From Sarea resinae (lineage: Eukaryota): a stretch of 64,000 bases of DNA. Positions 52,101 to 64,000 of this stretch are shown in pieces; position 1 is the stretch's first letter; the number at the start of each line of letters is the position of its first letter. The translations under genes and the position numbers were made by a program. The notes beneath the pieces are model-generated. The model had not been told where the DNA came from. It did no database searches and saw only the letters and a program-made list of their open reading frames with translations. Location of the stretch: assembly GCA_026026165.1 (NCBI GenBank), contig JAPEUD010000004.1:186001-250000 (forward strand). Reading direction: 5' to 3'.

Positions 52101-55100
52101 ATGACCTCGACGACTTTGGATCTGACGAGATTCCTGATAAGGATATCCTAGAACTTTCTCAATCTGTAGAGCGCCTCAAGGCTCAGCAGCAGTCTCGGCG
52201 ACCGACTAATATAACCAGTCGCTCTATCATACCCAAACCCCCGCCAAGAATTGGAGGTGTTGACCCGTCTTTTCGAGAGAAGAGGCAAAAGGAGAGAGAG
52301 GAAAAACGACAGAGAGATGCGCTAGAATTGGCGCGTATGAAGAGGCATGCTATTCCTACAGGCGTTGCAGAGCAGACGGCAGGCGAAGGCTCTGGACTCC
52401 GGGGCCTTGGGGTGAAAGGCAAAGATCATGCCCCTCAAGGGCCAAGCATGATGGTGTCCTCTGACTCGGAGTCAGACTCTGATATGGATGAGTTGGATAA
52501 AGAACTCTTTGGTAGATCGAAGGGATCAAAGACATCCGCGGCATTCAAGGAATATCAAAAAAGCAAAGACGTGGCCCGCAAGCAAGCCCAAGCTCAGGGA
52601 CCGGTGAAGAAGAGAAAACAAATTCGATCTGCGAAGGACATGCGTGCTAGATTGAAGCCTGATCTGTCGCCGTTACATAGGACGATTCTTGGTTGGGAAT
52701 TTTTCCACGAGGGTGCATTTCCCCCAAATTCGGAAAGACATGACTACAGCCTGGTTTCTAATACCTTCAGAACTCCTTCTGACTACCAGGGAACCTTTGA
52801 GCCTCTACTTGTTCTGGAAGCTTGGCAGGGATTCCTCAAGGCCAAAGAAGAAGGCAATCTCAAACCTTTCGAGATCAAAGTTGTAAACAGACTGACTGTA
52901 GATTCATTTATTGAACTAAGTACAACAATGTCGATGGCCGAAGGTAAGGATCTGGGGGTGGGTGAGGCCGATATCATCTTGATATCTAAGGGTCAGTCGC
53001 CCGTCACTGAGCAGCAACAGCCACACTGTCTAGCTCGAGTTTTCAGCATCACGCGAAAGAAGAATGTCCTGGAAATCTCTTATCGCCTCAATCCCAATAG
53101 TCCTCTTGTACCTCTATTAGCTCCAGAGGCCATCATTCGTGGGGTCAAGATATCCTCTATAACTCCGCTAGAACGAGAGTACGCTGCTCTATGTGGCTTA
53201 CAGTACTATGACTTATGCGATGAAATCATCAAAGCGAAACCGTCGCCCCTACTCAATTATCAGGATAAGCAGCTGGAGTCGATCGTCAATATTTACAATG
53301 TCAACATTGCGCAAGCTAAAGCCGTCAAGTCAGCTACCGAAAATGATGCTTTCACCTTGATTCAAGGGTAAGTCCAAGATTTTCTAGGATATCTCCGGAA
53401 TTTGTGCTAATATCACTCAGTCCTCCTGGTTCGGGCAAAACGAAGACCATCACCGCTATCGTTGGTGCCATTTTAACCAATACCCTTGGAGACAAAGGCG
53501 TTGCTATTACTCGTCCTCAGCAAACTAACGGATTGAATCTCCCTCCTTCTGCCGAAGCTGCACCAAGAAAATTATTGGTCTGTGCTCCGAGCAATGCTGC
53601 CGTTGATGAGTTGGTCATGAGGTTCAAGCAGGGCGTAAAAACGCTAAAGGGCGAAGACCGCAAATTGTCACTCGTCCGCATTGGGCGCAGCGATGCTATC
53701 AATGCTAGCGTTCTCGATGTCACATTGGAAGAATTGGTACAGTCAAAGTTAAATCTTGCCAATGGGAATCAGCAAAATCTTGGCGAATCCATAAACAAGA
53801 TCATGATGGCACATAAAGCAGCCTCAGAGGAGCTAAGAGCGGCTTTCGATAAATACGACGAGGCGCGAAAGAAAGGCGAGCCCGCTGCAGAATTTCAACG
53901 TGAAATCGAAATTTTGAAACGAAAGAAGACCGCTCTAAGTAATCAGATTGACAGCTCAAGAGATAGCGGAAGAGCAGTAGCCAGAGATGCCGAGATTTCT
54001 CGGCGAAGGGCGCAACAAGAAATATTGGACGGAGCGGATGTCATTTGTGCAACTTTAAGTGGCAGTGGCCACGATATGTTCCAAGGCCTAAAGGTCGAAT
54101 TTGAGACGGTCATCATCGACGAAGCAGCGCAGGCCATTGAATTAAGTGCTTTGATTCCTTTGAAATACGGTTGCTCCAAATGCATACTGGTTGGGGATCC
54201 CAAACAGCTTCCGCCCACGGTCCTTTCGAGAGAAGCAGCGCGATTCCAATACGAGCAGAGCTTATTCGTTAGGATGCAGTCAAATCACCCAAAGGACGTC
54301 CATCTGCTAGACACACAATATAGAATGCATCCCGAAATCAGTGCCTTTCCAAGCAAAGCATTCTACGATGGCAAGCTCCTCGACGGAAATGGCATGGCGA
54401 AACTCCGGATCAAACCGTGGCATAGTAGCAATATTCTCGGCCCTTACCGCTTTTTCGACGTCCAGGGGCAACATCAAAGCGCCCCCAAGGGTCATTCTTT
54501 GATCAATGTAGCTGAACTCAATGCTGCTCTTCAACTATATGAGCGACTTACGACCGATTTTCGATCTTACGACTTCAAAGGAAAAGTGGGAATAATCACA
54601 CCTTACAAAAGCCAGCTTAGAGAGCTGCGATCTCGCTTCGGCCAAAGATATGGAGACGCCATCAATGATGCAGTAGAATTCAATACTACCGACGCATTTC
54701 AAGGTCGCGAAAGTGAAATTATCATATTTTCTTGCGTCAGAGCTTCGTCTCAGAAGGGTATTGGCTTTCTGGCAGATATTCGCCGGATGAACGTTGGCCT
54801 TACCCGTGCAAAGTGCTCACTCTGGGTTCTTGGCAACTCTCAGTCTTTGATTCAAGGTGAATTTTGGGGTGATCTGATTAGGGATACGAAGAGGCGTGGT
54901 CTATACACGAGTGGGGACTTGATGGCCTTGTTAAGAAAGCCCACACTTGTCTCAGCCTCGCCGGTAGACAATAGGATAGGAACCACGGATGAAGACGTCG
55001 AGATGACGGATGCTCCAGCACCCTCTCGTCCTGTATCGGCTCGCTCGAATTCATCGTCGGCAGCTCAACCTTCCAAAATAAAGGCAGTCGTACAACCAGA

Positions 55101-55920
55101 ACCCGCGTGTTTCAAGCCTCAAGAAGGGTCAGATAAGAAGAACACTGGCCAGAAAGACCCAAACTTGAATGGTTCTGGCTCGCGTGTCATGAAAGAGGCC
55201 GGTGCAATACCAGCAAATGCATCGAGATGTTTTCGCTGTGGTGATATCAATCATATAAAGTCCCGCTGTTTTACACCAAGGTGTTTATCATGTGGCGAAT
55301 ATGGCCATTTGGCGGACACATGCGTATCAGTAACCAGATTATCGAAAAGCACGCGAAGTCAGATCGAGATTGAGGAAAGATTGCATGCGCGTCTTCTGGG
55401 AAATCTTGCGGAAAAGGCGAAGGTGAGGCAACTGGGAGACCATGACCCGAGAGTGCCCAAAATACAGTCGACTCGGAAGACACCCCCCCTCACGGAAGAA
55501 GGGATCAGGAAAAAGGCACAGCAGGGGCAGAGACATAATGTTAAACGAAGACGAGAGCCATCACCTCCTGAGGCACCTGTTACTTTCAAACCCGAGAGTG
55601 TAAGTGCTTGCATCTTGAATCAACACTCAAGTACCTTCACTGATTCATGTTCCCCAGGCCACTGCTACTGCCGCACGGCCTCCACCAAAACCAAATGCTC
55701 CTGTTACTGCGAATTCCAGTTCGCTAAACGGCCCTGAATCGGCCAGCAATGGCCATAGAGTATGCATTGCCTTTCTCACTACTGTTCTGGTTTATGCTGA
55801 TCTCCGAAGATTACTCCATCATCTCGACCCGCTCCAGGATCGCGAGGTCCCCCACCGCCAAAAAAGAAAAAAGAAGCCGATCCCTTTATTAGGCCGAATA
55901 AAAGACGGCCAAGGCCCTGA
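49152..55920 (+). CDS. SEN1: Sen1/senataxin SF1B RNA/DNA helicase with N-terminal helical domain and C-terminal CCHC zinc knuckles; about 6 exons
   Basis: HWFCPR N-terminal domain, Walker A split by an intron (TLIQG|PPGSGKTKT), CAPSNAAVDE, IIDEAAQ, GDPKQLPPT, QYRMHP, TDAFQGRE and RRMNVGLTRAK. C-terminal NLS PPPKKKKE...KRRPRP*. Confidence 0.95.
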
Positions 55921-57044
55921 CTGCGACTGTCCAATTCAACGTATCTCGAGTAGTTTTTGAGCACACCTCAATTTTCAAGCGAGCCTATTGCAATGCATCT
56001 TTGCTCTGTCTCTGTATCAAGCATTATCGGCGTTGCGACAGATCTAGAGGAGTTCCGCCGTGCATTCCAAGGCGTGATGGGGTCAGTCATTAATATGGGA
56101 TCTTCTATCAATAGCTCAAAGTTTATTGTATTATATGGCTTGGTAATAAAAACTTCCCTAAGCACCTTCTGTCTATGCTTGTTGTAATGCGGCTAACGCT
56201 TTTCATATGATGAAGGTCGAAATCAGGTATGGCATATAGAATAAAAGCAAGCGTCGACAAGTAGATAACACACCTCCCCTTTTGCGGCTATCGACATGAA
56301 CCCAACGTCTTGATATAGTCGCCGTGATCACCTCTGCGAAAGAAATCAAGCACGGAGGACTGATACCGACTTGAGCATGTTAGATACGTAGGCAAAAAGA
56401 TACAGTCCTACGAGCGGAAACCTACAGCCTACATCGTCCTTCGTACAGACGAACAATCTGGTTGATGTTAGGTGGCTTGTACGACGTCGAATGCCTAAGC
56501 TAGGCCAACAAAGAAGTTCCTGTTCTTCTCTCGTCGACCGACATGGAGGTCGGTATCACAAAGAGAGGCATCTGTTCCTTGTCGCTTGCATATATTCAGG
56601 GATTTCCCCCGGTCTGGCTTGGTTGTGATTGCTACGCGATGTCACTCTGTAACGTAAGGCGGCCGCACTGCGAGCGCTGAAGCCCGAGCGTGATCATTGA
56701 TCAATTTGAGTGAAGTCGCTATTGATGGAATGGTGATGAGGCCACTTCGGAGTGCGATGGATGTATTTACAGCACTGGGAATAGCATTATCGAAGTGATA
56801 GAATTTGCAATGGCAACTACCGATGATCTCTCGCTTGCGGGCATCTACTCCGGAGTAGCAACTCGCGGGTGCTTTGATCGTCCTTTAATCGTCCTTTAAC
56901 CTAATCTCTTCCTGTCTCAATTGATCGTGGCCATCTGCAGACGACACCAATTCGACGCTGTCATTGGTGTCAGCATCAATCGTCGCACAGATGTACGAAT
57001 GATGGCGATTTGCTGTGCAGCCTCGAATGCTCTTCTAGACGCAC

Positions 57045-57066
57045 GCATGCATGCATGCATGCATGC
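57045..57066 (+). repeat. (GCAT)n tetranucleotide microsatellite
   Basis: gcatgcatgcatgcatgcatgc seen directly. Confidence 0.85.
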
Positions 57067-57971
57067 CTCGATCAGGGCTTCACAGCCACTCCTCGTTTGG
57101 ACGAAGGTGAATCAAAGAACTGAAGATACGATACTCAAGCCGTCAATCAAAGGAACTCTTCCGCCAGCAATCACGAACTAATACATCATACATGGGTCCA
57201 AGAAGAATCTCTTTGGACGTAACATATTTTACTCGTGGATTACTAAGGACCGCATCACAAGGTGAAAGAGGCGTCGTACTGCGTACTCAGTCCTGCTCGC
57301 TGTTTTTCCACTCATCTGAGGCTTCTTGCAGTTCTCAAGCGGGGCCCCTGCAGCGTATTCGTTAGCATTTGATCGTCACATCTCAGATCGCTCGGGAACG
57401 GCACAGTACAATGGCCTGCATGGCCAGGGGTACTCTCCACTCCCTTGCGTGTAGCGCATTTGAAATCGGCATCTTCTATCACAAAATCGAGTGCCTACAG
57501 TAAAGCACCCAATGCCGACTATTTGCCTGGCGGGCTCGCGGGCCATTTGGGCTTCATTCGGCGCATTCATGGTGCTCTTCTTGTCCCACAGGGTTCGACG
57601 TTTCTCACCGCGAACAAGGATCTTTCAATTGAGCGTCTATCATGTCTTTTGCCTGATTTTCTTTGCGTGCTCCTCGTTATCTACCCACATCCTTAGCAAG
57701 CCGTTTCCTGATCCATCGGGCTGCTCGTGCTCTCCTTGTTTTTGACCTTCCTACCAGGTTGCAACGTGGATCGGAGACCTACCTGGCATTTACGAACCCA
57801 TCGTGAAGAACTAAAGAGCGGGGCTTCTAGCCACCGCCCCAAGCGTCTTGTGGCACTTTATTGGTCTTTCATGATTAGTATTAAGAGGTGGCCTATTGCT
57901 CTTTCAATTGTCAGGGCAGACTTCTCGACGGAAAGCTGGACTCGAGATTCTTCTAGGTGAAAAGCGTTCAG

Positions 57972-60474
57972 ATGCAATTTGCCGATTACAATCAGCAGGC
58001 TCCCGCACCGAAATTTCTCAACCACACCCCGAGGAAATTCCCAGAAAACATTTCCCGTTCCCGCAACGTACAGCCTCGACCTGTGACCAAGTGCAGAAGG
58101 ATGGACCAAGAGATTTTTGGCGTCATTGCATCATCCCGTGGTCAAGAAGCCGTGTCGGGCAGGCCAACGGTTCAATCGTCAACATCTCGCAGGCGTCTTT
58201 CGACCCTTTTCGCTCACACTGGATCAAAGGACTTCCAGTCGACAGCTACTCCCTTCCAGTTGCCCCAGCTATTGAGCGATAGTACTCTCGAATTAGCTCA
58301 TTTTCTCAAGAATACTGGCCCTGTAGAAGGCACTGCCACTTCAACTGGGCCGATGCTGAAGGCAAATGCGGTCCGTAAAAAGTCTGCATTCAGCTTTCTT
58401 AGACCGAATCATTTAGCGACGAAAAGCGGCCTGAGACTACAACCGTCCGATTCCTCGATCATACATCTACCAGATACTGTCCTACCTAAGAGGTCTAAAG
58501 ACGGTCAGTCATTACTACAATGCCCAAATCACCTCAGCTAAGACAGGTAAAGGAAAACCGTACCTCGCAATTGCACCACCAGATCAATATTGTTTTGAAT
58601 CTCAAGATCCAACGTCAGCTGGCAACAGCTCTACCACACGCGATTCACACATGACGCCCGACTCGAACAGCGGGACACGGCAATCCGAATTCGAAAAGGG
58701 CCACAGCTGGTCAGTGAACGCAAAGGGTATTGGTCCATCTGACGTTGGCTGTAGTACTTTTAAAGAGGAGATCTCCTGGAACAGGCCTCCCTCTCCTCTG
58801 CGACATCATTCGTTTGATATCTTCATCCCTTTCATAACTAGCCAAGACGGATCTTCCATCGAAAGTCCCAGGCAAAGTCTGGTCCTGGAAGAGGAAGCCA
58901 AGCACCAGGTCTCGGAAGCAGACGAAAGAAATCCGTCATTTCAGTATCATCAAGATTCTGGGTACTGTCCCTTTTCGGAAGGCTCTACCGTGTCTGGCTC
59001 AACAACACTCAATCTGGACGAATTCAATACCGGAAATCCTATACTAGATACAAATGATATCGGGGAAGACTCAGAGCATATCCATAAATCGCAAACCTCG
59101 TCACCAAGTCCCAATGAAAAGAGTCCTTTTTCCTCGGTTCCGGCCTCATCTTCTGTCAACATCAAGCCAACTGAAAGTCACGGCGCCGAAGACATGTTTT
59201 TTGAGTGCTCATCGGTCTCAAATTATCAGGCGCAACGAACTTCTGTCCAGTCGGCCAAGTTGTCTCTTGTGGAAACGTTGTTATCAGATGCGTCTAGTGG
59301 CATTGTAATGAATGCGAAAAGCACGGAAATACATCGGCTTCCAGGTGCAGCTGGCCAGAATCATATCACAACCAAACCCCCGAGACCGGGGCCTGCACCA
59401 ACAAGAGCACTTCCGCCATTGCCCGAAGGCCATAACGGCACAGTGCCAAGCCGCAGGTCCTCGACCGTTTCAAAAGAGCGGTATCACCATGGAGACTTCC
59501 AGGAGGCTTCATCATCTTTATATAGTGGACGTAGTTCGCATGAAAAGTCTTCAGTGACCTCAGAATCTCGTTCTTCTCCATGTCAGGAGACTTGCAATCA
59601 AGGTGGGGTAATACGGCCCGTACGTCAGCTTCCAATACATCTTAATCCGAAAATATCTCCCAAGATTTCCACAACAACGCATAAGACAATGAGGGCTGTG
59701 GAACCACCGAAAGACACACCTATGGAAGAAGCCCTCAGAATGACGCGAAAAACCCGAGAAGAGCGAGTTCGTGCGCGAAAGCTGCGAGATCTTCAGGCCG
59801 TTCGCGCCGAACACGAAAACAGAAAACTCGACGAGGAACTCCACAAGCCAGTCGATAGCACCGAGTTTCCGGAAGTCGACCACTCGTCCGCCAAAGAATT
59901 CGTTCCCAGACAACCGAAATTGACGTTCCAGGAGCACCGTAATTCAAGAAGCTCACAGCAGTCGCGGTTCAGCCACCGTTCGAGCACCACTAGTTCTGCT
60001 AGGAGGGGCTTGGAAAATGTACAGAGATGTGGCTCTTTCGAGTTTTCACCCATCATGCACGTCTTTGACCAGGAGCCAACCGGGGCCCCAGTGACAGGAA
60101 AGGATACAACGCCGTCCTCCACACGGCGCAACTCCTCCCAAGAAGCCCAACGTACAGCGACTCGTAGATTTTCCAGTCCGCGAATACGCCATCACCCGCG
60201 CTCCTACAGCCCCTCTCTTCTCTCATCGGACGCCGAACGCATGGTAGCAGCCTCGCAGCGAGAACGATCTGGGTCCCTAGGCCCGCGGCGAACGATCCTG
60301 TCGCATTCACAGAATCCGCAACCAGGCCACCGATCGGCGAGTGCTGCGCCTTCTGTGAGTCATGGTCATGCCGACTTGGAGTGGCGACTTGAGGCAAGGA
60401 TGCATGCCATGGAGCGGAAGAACGCCATGCTTGAGGCGGCTCTCATGGCTGTTTTGGGAACAGGAGGGCCGTGA
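57972..60474 (+). CDS. Hypothetical Ser/Pro/Arg-rich, largely disordered protein with C-terminal coiled coil; 2 exons
   Basis: ORF 57957-58503 is spliced (GTCAGT...AG, about 58504-58546/58552) in frame to the 607-aa ORF. Short motifs LAHFLKNTGP, PGPAPTRALPPLP, REERVRARKLRDL and LEARMHAMERKNAMLEAALMAVL. Start is uncertain. Confidence 0.7.
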
Positions 60475-61239
60475 GAAGAATCCAAAGCTAATCTCAAGTA
60501 GAAAGTAGAGAGATGTGAGCTCTAAGACTGTTACCGGATCAATGAGTTTCGTGTCCTGCGGCCTGGGACATTCCTTCTCACAGATGCTCGAAACTGTTTA
60601 TGTTATTTTGTCGGTTTCTTTTCCGGTCAACCTTAGCTCCAACAGTTCCTTCACGACGCGATCGATCCAACGAGTCCATGACCGTTCTACATATTAGCTT
60701 CCTAGGTTCCGCTGCTGTTCTATTCCCGAATGTAAAGTCAGTCATGTATTCAGAGGCATTTCTCCCTAATGTTCAAATGTACGCCATCCATCATCTGGCT
60801 TCGCTCCTCGTGAGTTATGTGAAGCAATGTCGGACCTTGAGCCCCCTGCCGACCTACGGAGCAAGCTCGGCGCGTATGTAAATACGTAGGGAGAAGCGAT
60901 CCCTGGTTTGATAAGCGCCATCTACAAAGGTAAATTTAGGTCGCCGATACGCGAGATCTCTTCTACGCCGGAGTAGACGTCATACAAACAGAGCGTGCGC
61001 AGACAGATCTCTGAAGCTCTTCTCTCGAGCCTGTCATAAAGTAGTGACTCCCGGCTTAATAAATGGACAAAGATCGAGGAGATTGTACAACGGTGTTTGG
61101 GATTTTTGTTGTCAGCGAAAGACTCACGGTATCCGCCTTTGCATATGTCTGTGGTGTCTAGTAATACTCCAATACATCTGCCTAGCCCTCCCCCCCCTCA
61201 AATCTCCAAAACAATACCCCTCGTCCCCGCAGTTAAAGC

Positions 61240-62352
61240 ATGCCACCCTGGATACTCACCAGCCCGTCCTCGCGCGGGCTAGGGCTAGCATTGACGCGAC
61301 ATCTCCTGCGCTCGACCACACTGCCGATCATCGCGACAGCGCGCCGGTCGCCCGCAGAGACGCGGCACGACATCCTGCGCGATCTGGACCTTGGTGGTGG
61401 TGATGATGATGATGGTGGTGTGCGCCACGAGCAGGAGAGGCAGAGGGCAGCGGACCGACTTACGGTCCTGAGGCTTGACGTTACGGGTGCGCCTGAGCGT
61501 CCCTTCCCTTTCCTTCTCCCTCCCTCCCGTGCCCCCCCCCCCCTGACCACCCCCCCAAAAGCCCCACCGCCCGACTCTCTCTCATGAACACCCCAATACC
61601 AAAAAACTCCTTCAACCAGACCAGACCAAACCAAGCCGATCGCTAACCCCTCTCCAACAAGAAAAGACGAATCCTCCATCCTTGCCGCCGCAGCACAGAC
61701 GCAGGACCTCTTCCCCCGACAAAACCCAGGCAACTACCTCTCGCTCGCCTTCGTAGTCCCGGGGATCCTCGTCGCGCCCGAGAAAACACCGGCCCAGATT
61801 GACGCCGCGAATACCCTGGAGACGCTGCAGACGAACCTCGTTGGGCCCATGCTGATGGTCAAGCATTTCGCGCCGTTTCTCCCGACGAAAAGGACCGTGT
61901 ATCTGTCCTCGTCCTCGTCCTCTGCCAACAACAACGACAACAACAATATCAACAATGGCACTCCACCCGAGCCAGCACCAGCACCAGCAGTCTGGGCGAC
62001 CATGTCCGCGCGCGTCGGCAGCATCACCGACAACCGGCTGGGCGGCTGGTACGCGTACCGGGTCTCGAAAGCGGGCGTGAACCAGCTGACCAAGACGTTC
62101 GACGTCCACCTGCGGAATGTGGCGGGTCCGCGCGCCATGGCCGTGGCGCTGCATCCGGGCACCGTCAAGACGGGGCTCAGTCGGCGGTTCTGGGGCGGGG
62201 CGGAACAGAGGGGGCAGTTGAGTGGGGCCGAGGAGGCGGCCGCGAGGTTGGTGGATGTTGTCGAGGGCTTGCGGGAGGCGGGCAGGGAGGGCGGCGTGGA
62301 GGGCGCGAGGGGACGGTGTTGGGATTGGAGGGGCGTGGAGGTGCCGCCTTAG
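61240..62352 (+). CDS. Short-chain dehydrogenase/reductase, C-factor/CsgA-like; 2 exons
   Basis: TSPSSRGLGLAL Rossmann motif, LDVT|DESSI, MSARVGSITDNRLGGWYAYRVSKA (YxxxK) and ALHPGTVKT. Intron 61487-61666. Confidence 0.88.
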
Positions 62353-62675
62353 CTTGTGGATGGGACGAGGGGAGACACTGTATATAGGCGTCCTGTTCGA
62401 CCATTGAATCTGGGTATGGAGTGATGATGGTCCTTGATTATTGAGTACAAATTATAGTTTGGGTGTGGGTAATCAAAAGATAGACAAGCCAGACAGACAG
62501 ACGCCGTCAGCTATGCATGATGCTTGATTTGAGAAGAAGGAAAAGAAGAAAAAACGAGGACGCCTGAGAAAAGTATAGTATAGGAGCCTTACTTCCAACA
62601 CCCCACCAGGCCCATGCAAACGCCAGCGTATCCGCGCTTCAATTGCAATATAAAGATGAAAAGATAATCGCTCAT

Positions 62676-64000
62676 TCACTTCTTCTCCCTCAGCGCAGGC
62701 GGCAAAGCATGCTGTCGATCAGGATAGCTGGCAAAGCCACTCCTCTCATTCAACCTCCTGGCCCGATCTAGCCGTGAAGTAGCAGACGAGAGGCTGGAAG
62801 GCAAAGGATCAATGTCCCTCCAACTGCCCCTGCTATGTCTGCCGCCCTCGCCCCACATGCTGACGCGCTGGACCTTGCGCAGCTTGGTGAGGCCGTACGA
62901 GCACACCACAACGGAGAAGACGAAGCACCAAGCGGTCACGCCCGCAAAGCCAAAGTCCGACTCTTCGATAAAGTTCTTAAGATTCATGCCGTAGAGACCG
63001 GCGATGAAGGTGCCGCAGCCTATGCCGAGCGTGCCGATGGAGAACTTGAGATCCAGCAACATGAGCGAGTTGCGGTTGGCGTCGAGGATCGCTTTGACAC
63101 TGTTTCGTAGAAATAGGTCAGCAAGACATATTTTCTGGGGGGGATACAATGGTTGGCATAACGGGCTTGAATGAGACGCACATTTCTTCCGTGTTCCGTA
63201 TGTTAGAGACCAAATTGCCCGAAGCTTGAACGATCTCGTCGCATACTTTATGGTAACTCTCGAGCAGCATCTCGACTTCGGTATGGTCGTCCTCCTCCCT
63301 TTCGATGCCTTTCTTCTTCTCCGTCAAATACATGGCCGAAAGGTCGTCGTCCGCATCCAAAAGATCGTCAATAGCATCCCGCACCAATCGAGCTTTCTGC
63401 TCAAAAGTCCCCAGTTTCTTAGAATAGATTAGTAGATACCGCAACTTGTCTCGATCGATATCCTCTTCGAGTTCCCGCAGCACTCGAACAACCGGATCTC
63501 TTACCCCCTCAAATTCTCCCTCTAATCCTGTCGTGGCGCTAATGAGGACTGCTTCGAGAGCCCGAAATTCATAAGGTAAGCCTCCGCTCTGGCGCGAACC
63601 TTCTCGCTGCCGCAGCTTCCCCTCCAGATCATACATGAAGACCGACTGGGTATATGAGTCCGTGGAGCCGTAGGCATCGAAAACGAGGACACGATTGTGC
63701 TTTATCAATACTCGAAGGTGGACGAGGTTGATGAGAATGGCCGAAGGACGAATGAGAATAAGCGGCAACGCCGAGGAGTCGATCTTTCGGAGATCACGAG
63801 GCAAAAGGCCGTACTAGAACTGTCAGCAAAAGCATCTTGGGTTCTTGAGCTGGATGTGGCAGACCTTCGCAATCAGCTCGCTTTTCTTGAATTCGCCGTT
63901 CACCAGAGTAACGTTTCCGTTTTCGTCAAATTCCGTACAGCGAAGTCGTACCTCATTCGAGGGTTTGCCGGCCAGGCCGCGCCCCAGATTGAACATGGAA
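62676..64000 (-). CDS. MRS2: Mitochondrial CorA-family magnesium transporter MRS2/LPE10 (5' end outside the window)
   Basis: LRCTEFDENGNV, YGLLPRDLRKIDSS, LPYEFRALEAVL, EVEMLLESY, ILDANRNSLM and CorA signature LYGMNL between two TM helices. Confidence 0.92.

Noticed and set aside
61240..62352. SDR as a trans-acting ketoreductase for the KR-dead PKS
   Set aside because: It lies over 32 kb away beyond several housekeeping genes and belongs to the widespread C-factor-like family; no evidence of linkage.
34040..64000. Two magnesium-transporter-like genes in one window
   Set aside because: Unrelated families (NIPA versus CorA) 26 kb apart; most likely coincidence.
1..64000. CRISPR arrays, intact transposons, rRNA or tRNA genes
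   Set aside because: No repeat-spacer arrays, transposase/RT/integrase motifs or structural RNA genes were recognised by eye.

Overview
Intron-rich eukaryotic DNA from a filamentous ascomycete (Pezizomycotina-type GT-AG introns with CTRAC/CTAAC branch points), with about 15 spliced genes reconstructed by eye. They are a Myb/SANT-like regulator, ERD2-like KDEL receptor, Dom34/Pelota, secreted berberine-bridge-like FAD oxidase, iterative type I PKS, sarcosine/fructosylamine-oxidase-like flavoenzyme, dienelactone hydrolase, NIPA-type Mg transporter, V-ATPase subunit E, a conserved hypothetical (possibly Smc5/6-associated), P4-ATPase flippase, Sen1 helicase, a disordered hypothetical, an SDR and a partial MRS2/LPE10. 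The most unusual element is the PKS (20036-28755). It has full highly-reducing architecture (KS-AT-DH-cMT-ER-KR-ACP) and open exons, with canonical catalytic motifs in KS, AT, cMT and ACP. All three reductive domains (DH, ER, KR) have lost their catalytic or cofactor-binding motifs. It sits head-to-head with an apparently bicovalent secreted flavin oxidase in a small putative cluster. Exon boundaries and family calls come from motif recognition only; no searches were run.
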